DNA of 63,798 nucleotides, counting the filler, from Octopus bimaculoides (Eukaryota), in NCBI RefSeq assembly GCF_001194135.2. It is 4 parts of 4 records of this genome, joined end to end, with 100 filler letters (N's around TTAATTAATTAA, not from the genome) between each part and the next. Parts side by side here need not be neighbours in the genome. Positions count along the whole stretch, not along the records: positions 32,823 to 47,735 come from NC_068985.1; positions 47,836 to 63,798 come from NC_068988.1; 2 more parts are not named here. One strand, written 5' to 3'. The notes beneath the pieces are model-generated. The model was not told where the DNA came from. It worked only from the letters and a program-made list of their open reading frames with translations, and did no database searches. Positions 41,701-54,376 of the stretch are shown here, piece after piece; positions within the stretch are counted from its first letter, which is position 1, and every line of letters begins with the position of its first letter. The translations under genes and the position numbers were made by a program.

Positions 41701-43382
41701 TGCTGCTCTCTGCGAAGCCTGGAGTTCACGGTTCCATTGTGTAGAGCCAAGCCAAACATGGTGAGATGATGTGTTGAGTGGTACGTATTGCGATACGACA
41801 TAAACAGCTTTTTTGAGATTCTAGTATAAACATAACGTCAGACAGACGCACATATGCAGCTGCACAAGCACATATGCGGATGTGTATGCTCTCACATTAT
41901 ATATAACACGTGTTTGACGTCTGTGCGCGCGTGCTCGTCTGCTCGCGTGCTTGTATCTGCTTGGTTGCAACATGTGCGTGTGTGTATATGTATATGCGTA
42001 CCCGCAGACTGCAGACGTACTGGGCAGTCCCCAGAATGACAACAATCTAAAGTTTGAAACTAATAAAATAAAAAAACTGATGAAAAGTTGAGTAAGATGG
42101 CCCTATGTACTTTATTGATAATCTATATTATGGCTCGCGGAAGGATTAAAGACAAACTCAGCCTTTGGAGATTTTGGTCTCAGAAGAACAAGCGAAACAA
42201 GTATGAATTAAGCTAGTTATTTTATCCGCCGCCTAACGACCACTCACTGAACACACTCGAATTACTTAATAATAAAAGAAAGCGAATTAAAGTTTGTATC
42301 AAATTGTTATAAGTGAGTGCTATACCTGCCTTGTGTTGAGTAGATGCTCGTCATAACGGAAGTTCCTCTAGAATTTCCTGCACATAACACAACGTTGAGA
42401 AATATTTTAATGAGTTCTTAATCATTAACTTATTTTTTCTAAGATACACTAACGCTTAATTAGCATGAATGAAACGTAGATCAACTTACAGGGTTTTTTT
42501 TTATTATTTTGAAGGAAATATTCTTTCTAACGAGATTATTTTGAACTAGCAACAAACTAAATGTGTATGTATGCGCATGCGCAATGTGGTGTTTGTGTGT
42601 ATTTTTGTGTATATTTATGTACGTACGTACGCAAGCATCTAGTTTGATAGATAGGTAGGAAGGTAGGTTAGGTAATTATGTAGGTAGATAGTTATGTAGG
42701 TAGGTAGGTATAATTAGTTTGATTTATGCTTGTTTACCAGTGAAGTAAAAGAGGATTACCTACCCATGCCAAGGTTTCGTTCAAGCAGCCTTTTTAATGG
42801 ACGCTTCTCAACGGTAGTTTGGGAACGAGAGATTGACGATTGTTTATATGCCATCAGTCTACTTTCGAGTAAACACACGGTCTTTGACGCCAGTTATGCA
42901 TTTCCCAAGTGACTACAAATCCCAACAGTTATTCAGCAACACCAAACCAAAGATGAACTATTACTGCCTGCCTGAAAAACATATTGACTACCTTTAAAAG
43001 ATATTTAAAATATTGCAAACAGACGAAGGAAACGATAAGCATTTTGCGTAAATAAAGCTCTCTGCCCACTAAAGGATTTACGAAGATAATTGTTTTTTAA
43101 TTGAAGAATTTTAGTCGAACAAATGGACCGACGCACTTAGCTTTTGTAAAGCCTGGTACTTATTCTATCGGTCTCTTTTTTGCCAAAACGCTAAGTTACG
43201 GGGACCTGGACACATCATCACATGTTGTCAAGTGGTGGTGAGGAACGCATACAAACACAAAGACACACACATAAACATAGAGAGAGAGAGAGAGAGAGAT
43301 TTAGAAAGAGAGAGAGAGTGAGAGAGAGAGAGAGAGAGTGAGAGAGAGTGAGAGAATGAGAGAGTGAGAGAGAGAGAGAGAG

Positions 43383-44470
43383 AAGTTTCTTTATTAGTCA
43401 CACAGATCCGAACACAGAGGAGACAAAATACAATGTAGAGCTTTTCTTTTCGAAAATAGAAAAAAAAGGAGAAAAATAAAATTCCGATCAAAAAGGATCG
43501 TGAGAAAAAAAAACGATAAAAAGGGATCATGTTTCACAGAAAATATTAAAATGTAAAAAGCAAGATTAGGTTTATCTGTGGAAAGAAAAGCCTACGGAAA
43601 AGACTACGGTAACCTCAGGAAGGGAGGGAATAAACACGAGAGCAAAGTGCGCGCTCTCTCTCTTTCTCTTCGATTTACAGGATCATGCTCAAAGTGGTTT
43701 CGTCAGTCGCACGCACCATCTTTGCTACATTCAGCCACCTTTTTTTTAAACTTTCACGGGACAAAACCTGCCTCTCCATTCTCACCTTCCTTTTTAAGTG
43801 GTACTTGAAAAAGTTGATGAGCAGATTGGCCTGAGAGGTAAGTGTTTGTCTCTAAACCTTTCGCCCGAGTTCACCACACACACATTCTTTCACCATGGCC
43901 ACCAGTATGATAAACACTGCTTGCCTTCGCCGTTAAGGGAAGGTGGCGGAGCAATTTCCACGATAGACTCGGCCGACAAGCGAACACGTCCCACACGTGA
44001 CAGCAGCCGTTCGGCATAAACCATGCCTATGTGTCTTATCTAAGTCAAGTGTACAAGTCAAAAATTTGTGATCTATGTAGCTGACTATATGGAATTGTGG
44101 ACAACCTACACTATCCTTATCCACTGTCCTACAGAATACTCTATCTAAATACGATCTGGACGACCCGATGTGGTTGTTCCATGTCCACACTGGCACATTC
44201 GGGTGGTCCAGTCGGTACCTGTCAGACAGTTGGAAACGTCTGAGCAGGTCTTTGAGACATTTACATCCCCTCCTATTACTATCTCTACCAGCGTAGTCTA
44301 GATGCGTGTCCAGGGTAGCATTCCAATCCCCCACTAAAAGTAAAGGTCGAGACGTTCCCAGGAAAACCTCTAGACGTCGAAAGAAATCTGACCGATCTGT
44401 TAAGGATGGTGCATAAACTGTTATCAGCCGAAAAGCACACCCATTACTGCCATCGACATCCAAGACGACA
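43383..44470 (-). mobile_element. Tx1/L1-clade LINE derivative: AP-like endonuclease fused to ORF2 C-terminal tail and 3' UTR, RT absent
   Basis: ORF 43933-44463 has endonuclease motifs VYAPS, LLLVGDWNATLD, SYLDRVF and DHK. After ~44020 the sequence switches to an ORF2-end-like segment (ILVAMVKECVW...FFKYHLKRKVRMERQVL...KRWLNVA) ending at 43675. AATAAA at 43390-43395 is followed directly by (TC)n. Confidence 0.8.
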
Positions 44471-44478
44471 GATAGATG

Positions 44479-44541
<63 letters not shown>

Positions 44542-44821
44542 GCGACAGGATTATTTCAGTTTCTGTCAACAAAATCTAGTTACAAGCCTATAGCAAAAGA
44601 ACCTTGCCTAAGGTGTCACGCAGGTGCCGTATAGTTGGAAAATAAACTTCTTAGCGCACAGCCACGCTTGTATTGTATATTGTGGTCATAAATATCGGTT
44701 TATTTCGTGTCTTTTTTGAGAAGAATTTGCTTCGGTATAACAGAAGACGAAATAAAAGGATTTCGTTTCATTAAATCAAAGACATCTTATTTCATGAAAT
44801 GTGTTCCACACTGTTATTGTG

Positions 44822-45120
44822 AAGATGCGTGGCTCAGTGGTCAGGGTATTTGAATCCCGATCGTAAGATCATGAGTTCGATACCCGGCGACGCGTTGTGT
44901 CCTTGAGCGAGATACTTTTTCACTTTGCTCCAGTTCATTCACCTGGCAAAAGAGAGCAGTACCTGTATTTCAAATAAGCAGCCTTGTCATATTCTGTCAT
45001 GATGAATCTCTCAAAGAACTACGTCTGTGGAGTACTCAGCCGCTTGTACATTAATTTCACGTGCAGGCCGTTCGGTTGATCAGATCAGCTGGAACGCTCG
45101 TCGTTGTAACCTACAGGGTG
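44822..45120 (+). mobile_element. tRNA-derived CORE-SINE resembling octopus OR1/OR2
   Basis: A box tggctcagtggtcaggg, B box gagttcgataccc, CORE-like ttgtgtccttgagcgagatact...ttgctccagttcattcacctggcaaaa. Name is from recall. Confidence 0.65.
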
Positions 45121-45403
45121 TCTATTATCAGTATTAATCATATCGATCTCGTAGATATAAGGCATCCAGATGAACTAAATGTGATTTGAAACACAGTAAA
45201 AAAAACTAAAACACGGTGTCTTTTTGACTCGGCTTCCTATAATAAAGGAAAAATAATATTTCTTTTAAAGTGTTAGAAAGCGGAAAGATTTGTGACTGCT
45301 TAGAACAAACATTAACAGTCCCGTGAGAACTGATTTTAAATAACTGGTGCCTGTGCATGCATTTTGAAGAGAATTATAAACTTAGCGAAGAAAAATATTA
45401 TTG

Positions 45404-45775
45404 CAAAATGTTTGAAACAAGAGCACTCAGAGAGCGCAAGCCTCCGCCAAGGCAACACCAGCGTCCTCTCAATGATTAGCCGGAGATGATTTTTAAAATG
45501 GCAATATCTGAGATGAACTCAACTGCTATTACAAACGAGAATACTAAAATGAACCCGACTGCTCTCAGAAATTAAGTAAAATACAGGAAAAATAATTCAG
45601 AATCCTTGTCAGGTACCGGATTGATCCCAAAATCTAATCAGTTCATGTCAGTTACGAAGCCAAACATCACTGAAAGTTTCATCCAAATCCATCCAGAGTT
45701 TCTTAAGATACTTTGTCCATGGACAAACAAACACGACTGTAAACAACGCCTCTGCATTAGCGAAGGCGAAACAAT
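45404..45775. mobile_element. Helentron/HINE-like non-autonomous element
   Basis: aacaagagcactcagagagcgcaagcctccgccaagg start, aagtttcatccaaatcc block, and terminal hairpin cgcct...aggcg. Family call is by resemblance only. Confidence 0.4.
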
Positions 45776-47516
45776 AGCAAAGAAGTCGAATTGTTTTGTT
45801 ATTTTGGAAATATTGGTGTGTCATTTTCCCTGTTGGAGTTTTCTGTTTGATATGACTTCAAACAGAGAGGAACATGGAGTAACATCGAAACTTAACAAGT
45901 CCGACGCTTCTTGTTCAACACTGAATATCTAAATATATTTGGCTTCATAGGAAAACACAAATTCAGACTCGTCATTATTTTTCCTATTAGCAGTTTGGTT
46001 CAAATGAAAACCTCGCAGTGGCAATGTCTTCTTATTCATTGTCTACCAGAAAGTAAACTCAATCCATGCGACGTGGAATGCACATAAGTTCACTAGGAAC
46101 CACAGCTCATTTAACGAATCTCATCTGAAACGATTCCATTTTACATTTAACACTATTTCTCTTGCGTATATTCCTTGCGTTTGTGCACCATTGTGTTCGT
46201 ATTTGCCCATTGCTTATAAACGAAACTTCAAAAGGAAAACAAAAACGCCAAAACATTTCTTGCGTTACTTCATGTATTTGCAGAAAATAAATTAAAATGT
46301 AATATTAGTCATTGTCTATTTTGTTTTTCCTCGCTGCATATTTTATAATTTCACTGTTTAATTCCCCCATGAGTTAAATCTGCCGACACCCACTTACATA
46401 GTGAACTATAAACGCGTCTTCTTTTTCTAACAAGTATTTGGGGCGATGTAAAACACCAGGGTTATATGTAATGTCATGTATGTAATGTCATTATTTAATT
46501 ACCTAATTGATGTGCCGAGTTAAAAAAAACAAATACTTTTATTTTTCGTTGTATCTCATTCTCTTGAAGCTTTTGTACGAATACTAACATCGGTTACTAT
46601 TCATGAATATTTTTCAAAAACCATAGAGTTGCTGCTGCTGTTGCTGCTGTTGCTGCTGCTGCTGCTTTTGTCTTTGTTATATTTTTCTCCCTAATTCAGC
46701 CCTGACCAAAACCTTTAGAGGGATTGTCTAAAACATTTTAGTCATATGAATACCGTTTCTCCAACGCCCAGTCATCATCCATCAATAACAAAATTTTCTT
46801 TTCACTGATTCCTTTTAAAGATGCTCAATTGTAGCCTGAGGAAGACCTGGTTACTATTTCTAGAAGATCAAGCAACCAGATAGAAGCTCTTTCATTGGTC
46901 AAACACGACCGAGTTGTATTTCATTGTTACGTCAACAAACAAATCACGTGAACATCTACCATAAAAATATTTGCGTGTAGTGGTACGAATCATTTGTGTC
47001 GGATCTACGTTTTTCCCCTCACTGAAGATCGGACAGTCTTAAAGTTTTCTGGTTCAAGTTCGGCTTAAGTCGTTTTAGAAATCCACCCCCAATTGTTTCG
47101 AGGTATCGAGGTAAAAAGCAAAAACATTTTTTTTTTCTTATCCGTCTATCTAGTGATATATGCATGCCTGTATGTTCTCTTTCTCTGTTTTAATTTAGAA
47201 TTAATTTTGACGAGTCACCTACTTGGGAGCAAGGCCGTGGAATTAAGTATCCCCCCTTCAAATTTTAGGAAAGTCTTGCAGACTTTTAGTATGCATATAG
47301 GTGTGTATGTATGTATGCATGTATGTACGTATGCATGTATGTATGTATGTATGTATGTATGTATGTATGTATGTTTGTATGTATGTACGTGTGTGTATGT
47401 GTGTATGTATGTCGGTCTGCTCTCGCTATTAGTATATCTTTGTAACTACTATGGACTTAATCTCTCTCTCTCTCTCTTTTTGTCTCCCTTGCTCTTACTT
47501 TTTCTTTCCTTAATGC

Positions 47517-47555
<39 letters not shown>

Positions 47556-47697
47556 CACATTACATGTAGCAGGTGGCTATGGACTCAGTCAAGTTTCGAA
47601 TATTCGATATGTTTAAATGTTTCTTGGTTTATGGAACACAGAAAATATTTATTTACAAGCTGTTAAACAATCAATATATATATATATATGTGTGTGT

Positions 47698-47735
<38 letters not shown>

Positions 47736-47835
47736 NNNNNNNNNNNNNNNNNNNNNNNNNNNNNNNNNNNNNNNNNNNNTTAATTAATTAANNNNNNNNN
47801 NNNNNNNNNNNNNNNNNNNNNNNNNNNNNNNNNNN
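47736..47835. other. Artificial scaffold-joining spacer
   Basis: 44 N + TTAATTAATTAA (47780-47791) + 44 N. Confidence 0.95.
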
Positions 47836-48120
47836 CCCCTCCTGTCAAAACACTTTTTTCCCAACCAGCCGCCATACCTGATCGACACGTTTTTTTTTTG
47901 TTTTTTGTGTTTTTTTTTAAATTTTTTTATTCTCTCTGTTTATTTTCTGTTATTCCTTTCTGTTTAAGAGTGTAGGCTCGAAACTTAAAAGACTTTCTCA
48001 CTTTCCCGGGTATCAAACTAACACACCTACTTGTTGTTCATACACCTGTCTTCGTCTTTTGCTTTTCTGTAAATTTCAACTATGTGTGTGCGTGCGTGTG
48101 TGTGTGTGTGTGCGTGTCCA

Positions 48121-49674
48121 TCTATAATATATAAATCCCGTTCCGTCTGTGTGTATGTAAAAGATTATAACGGCCGTATTTTTCAACGGATCACGCTGAA
48201 ATTTTATACATAGGTAAAAGACGTCACAGTGGGTGCAGCAGTTAAATTTCATAACATAATCGATAGTTTCAAAGTGAGATGTTTCCCTTTTTAAATCAAA
48301 ATCTTGATGGAAAATCCAATTTCAATAGCGCTTATTGGCTATCATTCCGCAAATCACGTACGAACATCCACTATGTTCGTCCAATCAGCATCAGAGCATT
48401 CATTGCATTAAGCTATCTAAGCAATTTCCTGAAAGAACATATGTGATTGCAGTAAAAATCGATATCATTCTAGAATGAACTGTACTTGAACACGTGCATC
48501 CATGCATGTCATTCTGTGTTTAATTAATAAACTGACACAAAAGAGTTAGAAGACAAGGCAATTATTTTAAATAAGTAAAAATGGAATAGAATATTAACTT
48601 TAACGAATAAATGGCACTAATTGGCGATCAATCAACGAACGAATAAATGGCACTAATTGGTGATCAATCAACTGTGAATATTTTCTCACAAAATTCACTT
48701 GGCAGTAGAAAACGACAAATTGATTGGTAACTGAAGGTGGAAATTTAGGTGACAAATATCTAAAACTTTAGCTAAGTTTCTTATATAAAACAAAAAAATG
48801 AGCGGTATTTTTCGATTTTTGTGTGACTCACTTGATTTGACACGTACATGTTCATTGTTTATTCTTTATTTCAATTCATTAAGAAGGGATATTAGTATCA
48901 ACATTTCAAATTATGAGCTACTTTTTTTTATTTGTAAGCATAATTGAACGATATTTTGGCAAATATTATCATTTTTACGAATTTTACAGATCAAATTCAT
49001 CGGTTACATTCTAAAAAAAAACATTATTTGGTTGGTTCTGGTAGCTTATTTATCCACAAGGTTTGCTACTTTATCGGCCAACATCGCATATTGCCTAACT
49101 CTGTATCCCATTTGAAGTTTTCCGGTTACGCGGACTTAAATAACTATTTCAATTTGCATATTCTTTTTATTTAAATTTCGAACTTAAGTGTGATATTTCT
49201 TAGAAATACCCTTTACCTCCTGCTACCTGTCAGTGTACTGGTGTTTGCATCGATCATTTACATTTTATCACAATTGCACTTTTGGTCGATAGAATATCGA
49301 TTTTCTCGAAATACGCTCTGTCCACATGTTCTTATAGAGTGAATGCTCATTCATAAAAGTCCGCATCCATGTGCCATTTGGTGCTTACAATACCGCTGCA
49401 AATAAGTGTGCGCTTTAGCATTGTGGGAATGTTTTGTGTTGAAATACCATATTTAGTGCTTGCAAACAGCAACGAGGTAAATTCAATTGATTTTTGATAG
49501 ATTCATTCAGTTACAGATTTTCGATAGGATGCCTCGAAAAAGCAAGAGTCACAGATAAACAAAAAATGCTTCCGTTTTGCGTTCCTTGCGGGCAAGCGAG
49601 ACAGAACAATGTGTGCTTCGGCGCGCTCGCAATGCTGCTTCTACTTCGATCACCAGAGCCTCACACAGAAGCAT
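48121..49674 (+). mobile_element. Possible Helitron 5' portion
   Basis: Begins A|TCTATAATATATAAA, a Helitron-type 5' end. At 49529 the frame MPRKSKSHR*TKNASVLRSLRASETEQCVLRRARN resembles Helitron RepHel N-termini. No Rep or helicase motif is visible before the gap. Confidence 0.45.
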
Positions 49675-49812
49675 NNNNNNNNNNNNNNNNNNNNNNNNNN
49701 NNNNNNNNNNNNNNNNNNNNNNNNNNNNNNNNNNNNNNNNNNNNNNNNNNNNNNNNNNNNNNNNNNNNNNNNNNNNNNNNNNNNNNNNNNNNNNNNNNNN
49801 NNNNNNNNNNNN

Positions 49813-49850
<38 letters not shown>

Positions 49851-49860
49851 CACGTTAATA

Positions 49861-50130
49861 GAGGCGCAATGGCCCAGTGGTTAGGGCAGTGGACTCGCGG
49901 TTTCGATTCCCAGACCGGGCGTTGTGTGTGTTTATTGAGCGAAAACATCTGAAAGCTCCACGACGCTCCGGCAGGGAGTGGTGGTGACTCCTGTTATACT
50001 CTTTCGTCCCAACTTTCTCTCACTCTTTCTTCCTGTTTCTTGAGTAACGCTGCGATGGACTGGCGTCCCGTCCAGCTGGGGGGAACACATACGCCATGAG
50101 CCTGGCTAGGCTTTAAAAGGGCGCATAAAT
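49861..50130 (+). mobile_element. tRNA-derived SINE, third family
   Basis: A box tggcccagtggttaggg, B box ggtttcgattccc, 3' block gctgcgatggactggcgtcccgtccag, A-rich tail. Confidence 0.7.
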
Positions 50131-52531
50131 AAAATAAATATAAGTTAATATTTAAGTGTTGGGTACATTCACTGCCTATGGCTACCTGGCGTTATCCATG
50201 GTAATTACACAATTGTCGCTGTCAGGAATTCACTGTTATCAGAAATTCCTCAGTGGACGTTGAGTATAAAACAAATGATAGAGATGGAAAATGGAATTCT
50301 GATGAAACTTTATTGTTCACACATCCTCTCACGGGTGGTACACTATACGAATAACTGTGGTGCACTGATCAATGCTGAAGTGTCTTGTCAGGTGATGTAA
50401 TAAGAGAACGGCTTAAACCTATGGTCACTAACAATATGCTATATTAAATCCAAGCGAAACAGAGTTTATTTAACAAAATACCTCTCATTACGTCATCTGA
50501 GACACTTCTGTCCTGAGGGATACACCACAAGTAGTTGTGTAGTTTCCCATCCACAAGAGATCAATGCAAGATGTGTTGAAACGACTGTTGTGAGCAATAA
50601 AGTTTCCCATGTATTCCATTTTGTATCTCTATCGTTTCTTTTATATATATATATAAGGATGTTGAGGTTCACAGAGAAAATGACAATGGACTGAGATGTT
50701 TGGCAATATGAGGCTCTAGAGAAGACACGCCCACGTCAACGAAACTGACTGCTAGAAGAGTTGTGTTTCACCCACATGTAACAACAGACTTTTCACACAC
50801 CCTACCCAAAGAAACCGAACTACATCTCTTCTATACAGCATCTTTCTCTTTCTTACATATCCTCTTCATAAACTACGATTGTCTTCCAATCCCCTTTCCT
50901 ACCCAATGTTTTCACCAGTAACTGCAATCCTCACTCCCTACTTGCGCCTTCTTGGTAACAGCTGACCGCGTATATTACAACCTTCGTACCTCTTTTCTTC
51001 ACTCTACCATCACATCTATGCACTGATCCTTGTTACTTGTAAATATACCCAGGTACTTCACCATCTCTCTCTTACACTTTTGCTGTTACCTACTCTTTCT
51101 CTCTCTCTCCCTCTGGCTGAGTAGCCACATATCTCCTCTACAGTAGCACACCTAGTTCTGCCCTCATTCTTGGTTGCTCTCACTCTCACTAGGTAACCCC
51201 CTCTATAGCAAGACACTTATTTCTGCCCCCTATTTCTCTGTCACACTCATCATCTGATACTGGAGCATCTCCTCCAATACCACCCCCACCTCATTATAGC
51301 AAGACACCTATTTCTGCCTCTCTGTCATCCTATGACACAAGTTCCCTTCCTCGAATGCCCCTGCCCCTCTCATAATTCCTTGCTTTGCAAGTTACTTGGT
51401 GACCCTGCCAGTGCTGATGCCATGTAAAAAGCAACCAGTCCACACTGTAAAGTAGTTGGCATTTGGAAGGGCAACCAGTTGTAAAATTCATGCCAAAACT
51501 AACCTCACCTGTGCTAGTGCCATGTGAACTGTCCTACCCATGCATGCATGGAAGATGGACGTTAAATAATGATGATATATATATGTATACACAGATGCAT
51601 ATAAATATATATATATATCAGGGACGTATATTCCAGGTGTGCTAGGTGCACACTGTACACCTGTTGAAGATGACAAATTCATTATAAATATTAACCTTAC
51701 TCATTAATTTAATCACAAATCCGAATGGAAGATTTTTGTTATACTTTTGCTTGTAATTTGGTGGTATTGGGTGTGGCAGCACACCCAATACAACAACCAC
51801 TATACACCACTGATATGTATATAAATATGGGCAGCTGGGCACAATATTAACCAAATAGGCAAAAATTGAGTTATCACTAATTGTGGGAATTGTCAACAGT
51901 ATGCATCCATTGGGTCTATGGCACAGCTAATTGTCTCTGTCACTGTTGACAATTTCCATTAGGATGGAACTGTGCAGTCCACTATTCTAGCTTTTCTTTG
52001 CACATGGGGAGGTTACCTACCTTGTCAATGTGCTTTTACATGTGCTTGTATAACATACAGTCACAAATAGTGACAACTAAATTTTTGCCTGAATGGTTTG
52101 TACTGTACCCAGCTGCCCACGTTAATTTTATACTATAGGATTCGGCATTTTGCTGAATCAATGATAAATATATAAGGCAAATATATATATATATATATAT
52201 ATTGACCAAGAATGAGCTTTTCCATAGAAGCAATGAAGGCACACTGTTGACAATTCCCATTAGGAAGAAACTGGGCAGTCCAGTTTTGCTTCACTCATGG
52301 GGTGAGTATCTTCCCTGCCAGCATATATGTGTTTTTATGCAACTGTAAATGGTTATACATTTGCATATCTTTTAAATTTGTTTAAGGGAAACATTTTGAA
52401 TATGCAAATAAAGCTCCTGTTCCATTACGGCAGCCACAGTGATGCTGACTGATGAACCAGCTTTTTGAGGTTCCACCAAGCTGTGCCAATATAATTTATC
52501 CATTCTGAAGTGTGTCCATCACCATTTTACA

Positions 52532-53026
52532 TTATTCACTAAAGAATCTCACCTTTTGTTGCATGCCTTTGTCCTCACCTTTTTGAGTCTCCTGAAACCA
52601 GCTTTTACCTCCTCTTCTCAGGTCATCCTTGTACTTCTCTTCATCATGATCTGTCCACTTCTTTCCCCAACAGTTATCCTCAGTATGCATTGCATGCTTG
52701 TATCCGAGGAGCTTTCTCTCTTGCATACTCCATCTATTCATCTTAGCACATTTGTACCCTGCATAGCTCATCTGTACATGTTCATGCACAGTAACGTTAT
52801 ACACTTCATTTCTTTCCAGCCTTTTTATATCATCTGCATTCAATGTCCATGTTTCATTCTCATCTAACATCATACTTTGAACACATTCATCACTCGGAGA
52901 GAAATCCTTTATTACTAGCTGAGGTAATAGCTCCTTAAACTTTTTCCACTTCTTTCTGACCCTGTTCACTCTGCTTTCAGAAAACCCAGCTCCACTCCTA
53001 AATACGCTGTTAAAAGTACCAGTCAA
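52532..53026 (-). mobile_element. RTE-clade LINE C-terminal fragment (second family)
   Basis: RVRKKWKKFKELLP...CVQSMMLDENETWTLNADDIKRLERNE resembles the RTE segment SVMLYGSETW...RLERNE. Confidence 0.7.
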
Positions 53027-53467
53027 TTAGAATATAGCAAAGTTGCCCAAGTATCCATTTAATACAGGACCTAACTAAGCACTGTTTCCCACTGATAACT
53101 AGTTGACAATAGAATATGAAGTTCTCAGCTGAAAGGCCCATGATCCTCAGTGTCTAGTTTTATCACTTTAGATTCTGTGTTCAATCTCATGGTGGATGAC
53201 TTAAGACTTGCATCAATTAAGTGAAAGCATGAGCCAGTAATTCAATCTTTCAAATCAATCAACTATTGTAATACATGTCTTTTTGCAAGAGTAATTGGTT
53301 TTCAGCCCCACCAAAATAGATCTATTAGATAAATGAACTCTTTACAAATTAATTAAGAAACTATGATTCAGAACAAAGTCAGGGTTCAACATTCAGTTAG
53401 TTACATTCTCCAGAAATCAATAAAACAAGAGCACCAAACCTAATGGAAATATTTGTATTTATATTTC

Positions 53468-54376
53468 ATGCTGACAATCCAATTTTTGGATCTTTTCCCT
53501 TCGAAAGGCACATCGAGAAATTATTTTTTGTAGCTAAACACTTTCAAACTTCGGACACTGGTAGAATGTGTCATATAAAACATCTTTTACTCTTTGTGTT
53601 GTTGAGAAAAGTTTATATTTTAAAAGTTATTTCATGTAAAAGTTGTCGTATTTCGGTAATTTCGACCAATCAATGACATATTCAGCTGAATAAAATTACT
53701 GCCATTGTTTGTCAACAACAACTATCAGTGGTGTATATCTCATTTGTCACTGTTATTTATGACATCTAGGTTTTAGAGTTAGGGTTAGGGTTTTAGGGTT
53801 AAGGACAGGGTTTTAGAGTTAGGGTTAGGGTTTTAAAGTTAGGTTAGGGTTTTAAGATTAGAGTTAGGGTTAGGGTTGAGATTTTAGGGTTAGAGTTATG
53901 GAAAAATGTGAAAAATGAAGAAATTAGAGGGGGAAGGGGGAAAAAATGTCTTTCCAAAAATAGTAGCTGAAAAACAGGAAATAAAAAGCTAAAAGCTGTA
54001 GAAATGCACAAACGATTGTGGTGGTGCCATAAAGTAAACATGCTTCAGATACACTCGTTTATTCATACAAACGTAACTGAGATGAAATATGTCATAAATA
54101 ATAGTGACAAACGAAATAGACACAGCTGGAAGTTGTTGACAAACAACAGTAGTAATTGTTTTCACCTCAACAGATGTCATTGATTGGTTAAAATATGACA
54201 GCTTTAACATGAAATAACTTTGAAAATACACAATTTTCTCAAAAACGCCATGTGTAGATGATGTTTTTATGTGACACATTCTACCAGTATACAAATTTTG
54301 AAAGTGTTTAGTTACAAAAAATTATTTTTTAAATGTGCCGGCCAAAAGGAAAAGATCCCAATTTCTATGTCAGTAT
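53468..54376. mobile_element. Foldback element with ~290-bp diverged inverted arms and a TTAGGG-rich core
   Basis: 53468-53766 aligns with the reverse complement of 54089-54376 (shared blocks ggatcttttcc, taaacactttcaaa, ctggtagaatgtgtca, ccaatcaatgacat, ttgtttgtcaacaac, ttatttatgacat). Confidence 0.8.
53766..53897 (+). repeat. Interstitial degenerate telomere-like (TTAGGG)n tract
   Basis: ttagagttagggttagggttttagggtt... mixed TTAGGG/TTAGAG/TTTTAGGG units. Confidence 0.85.
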
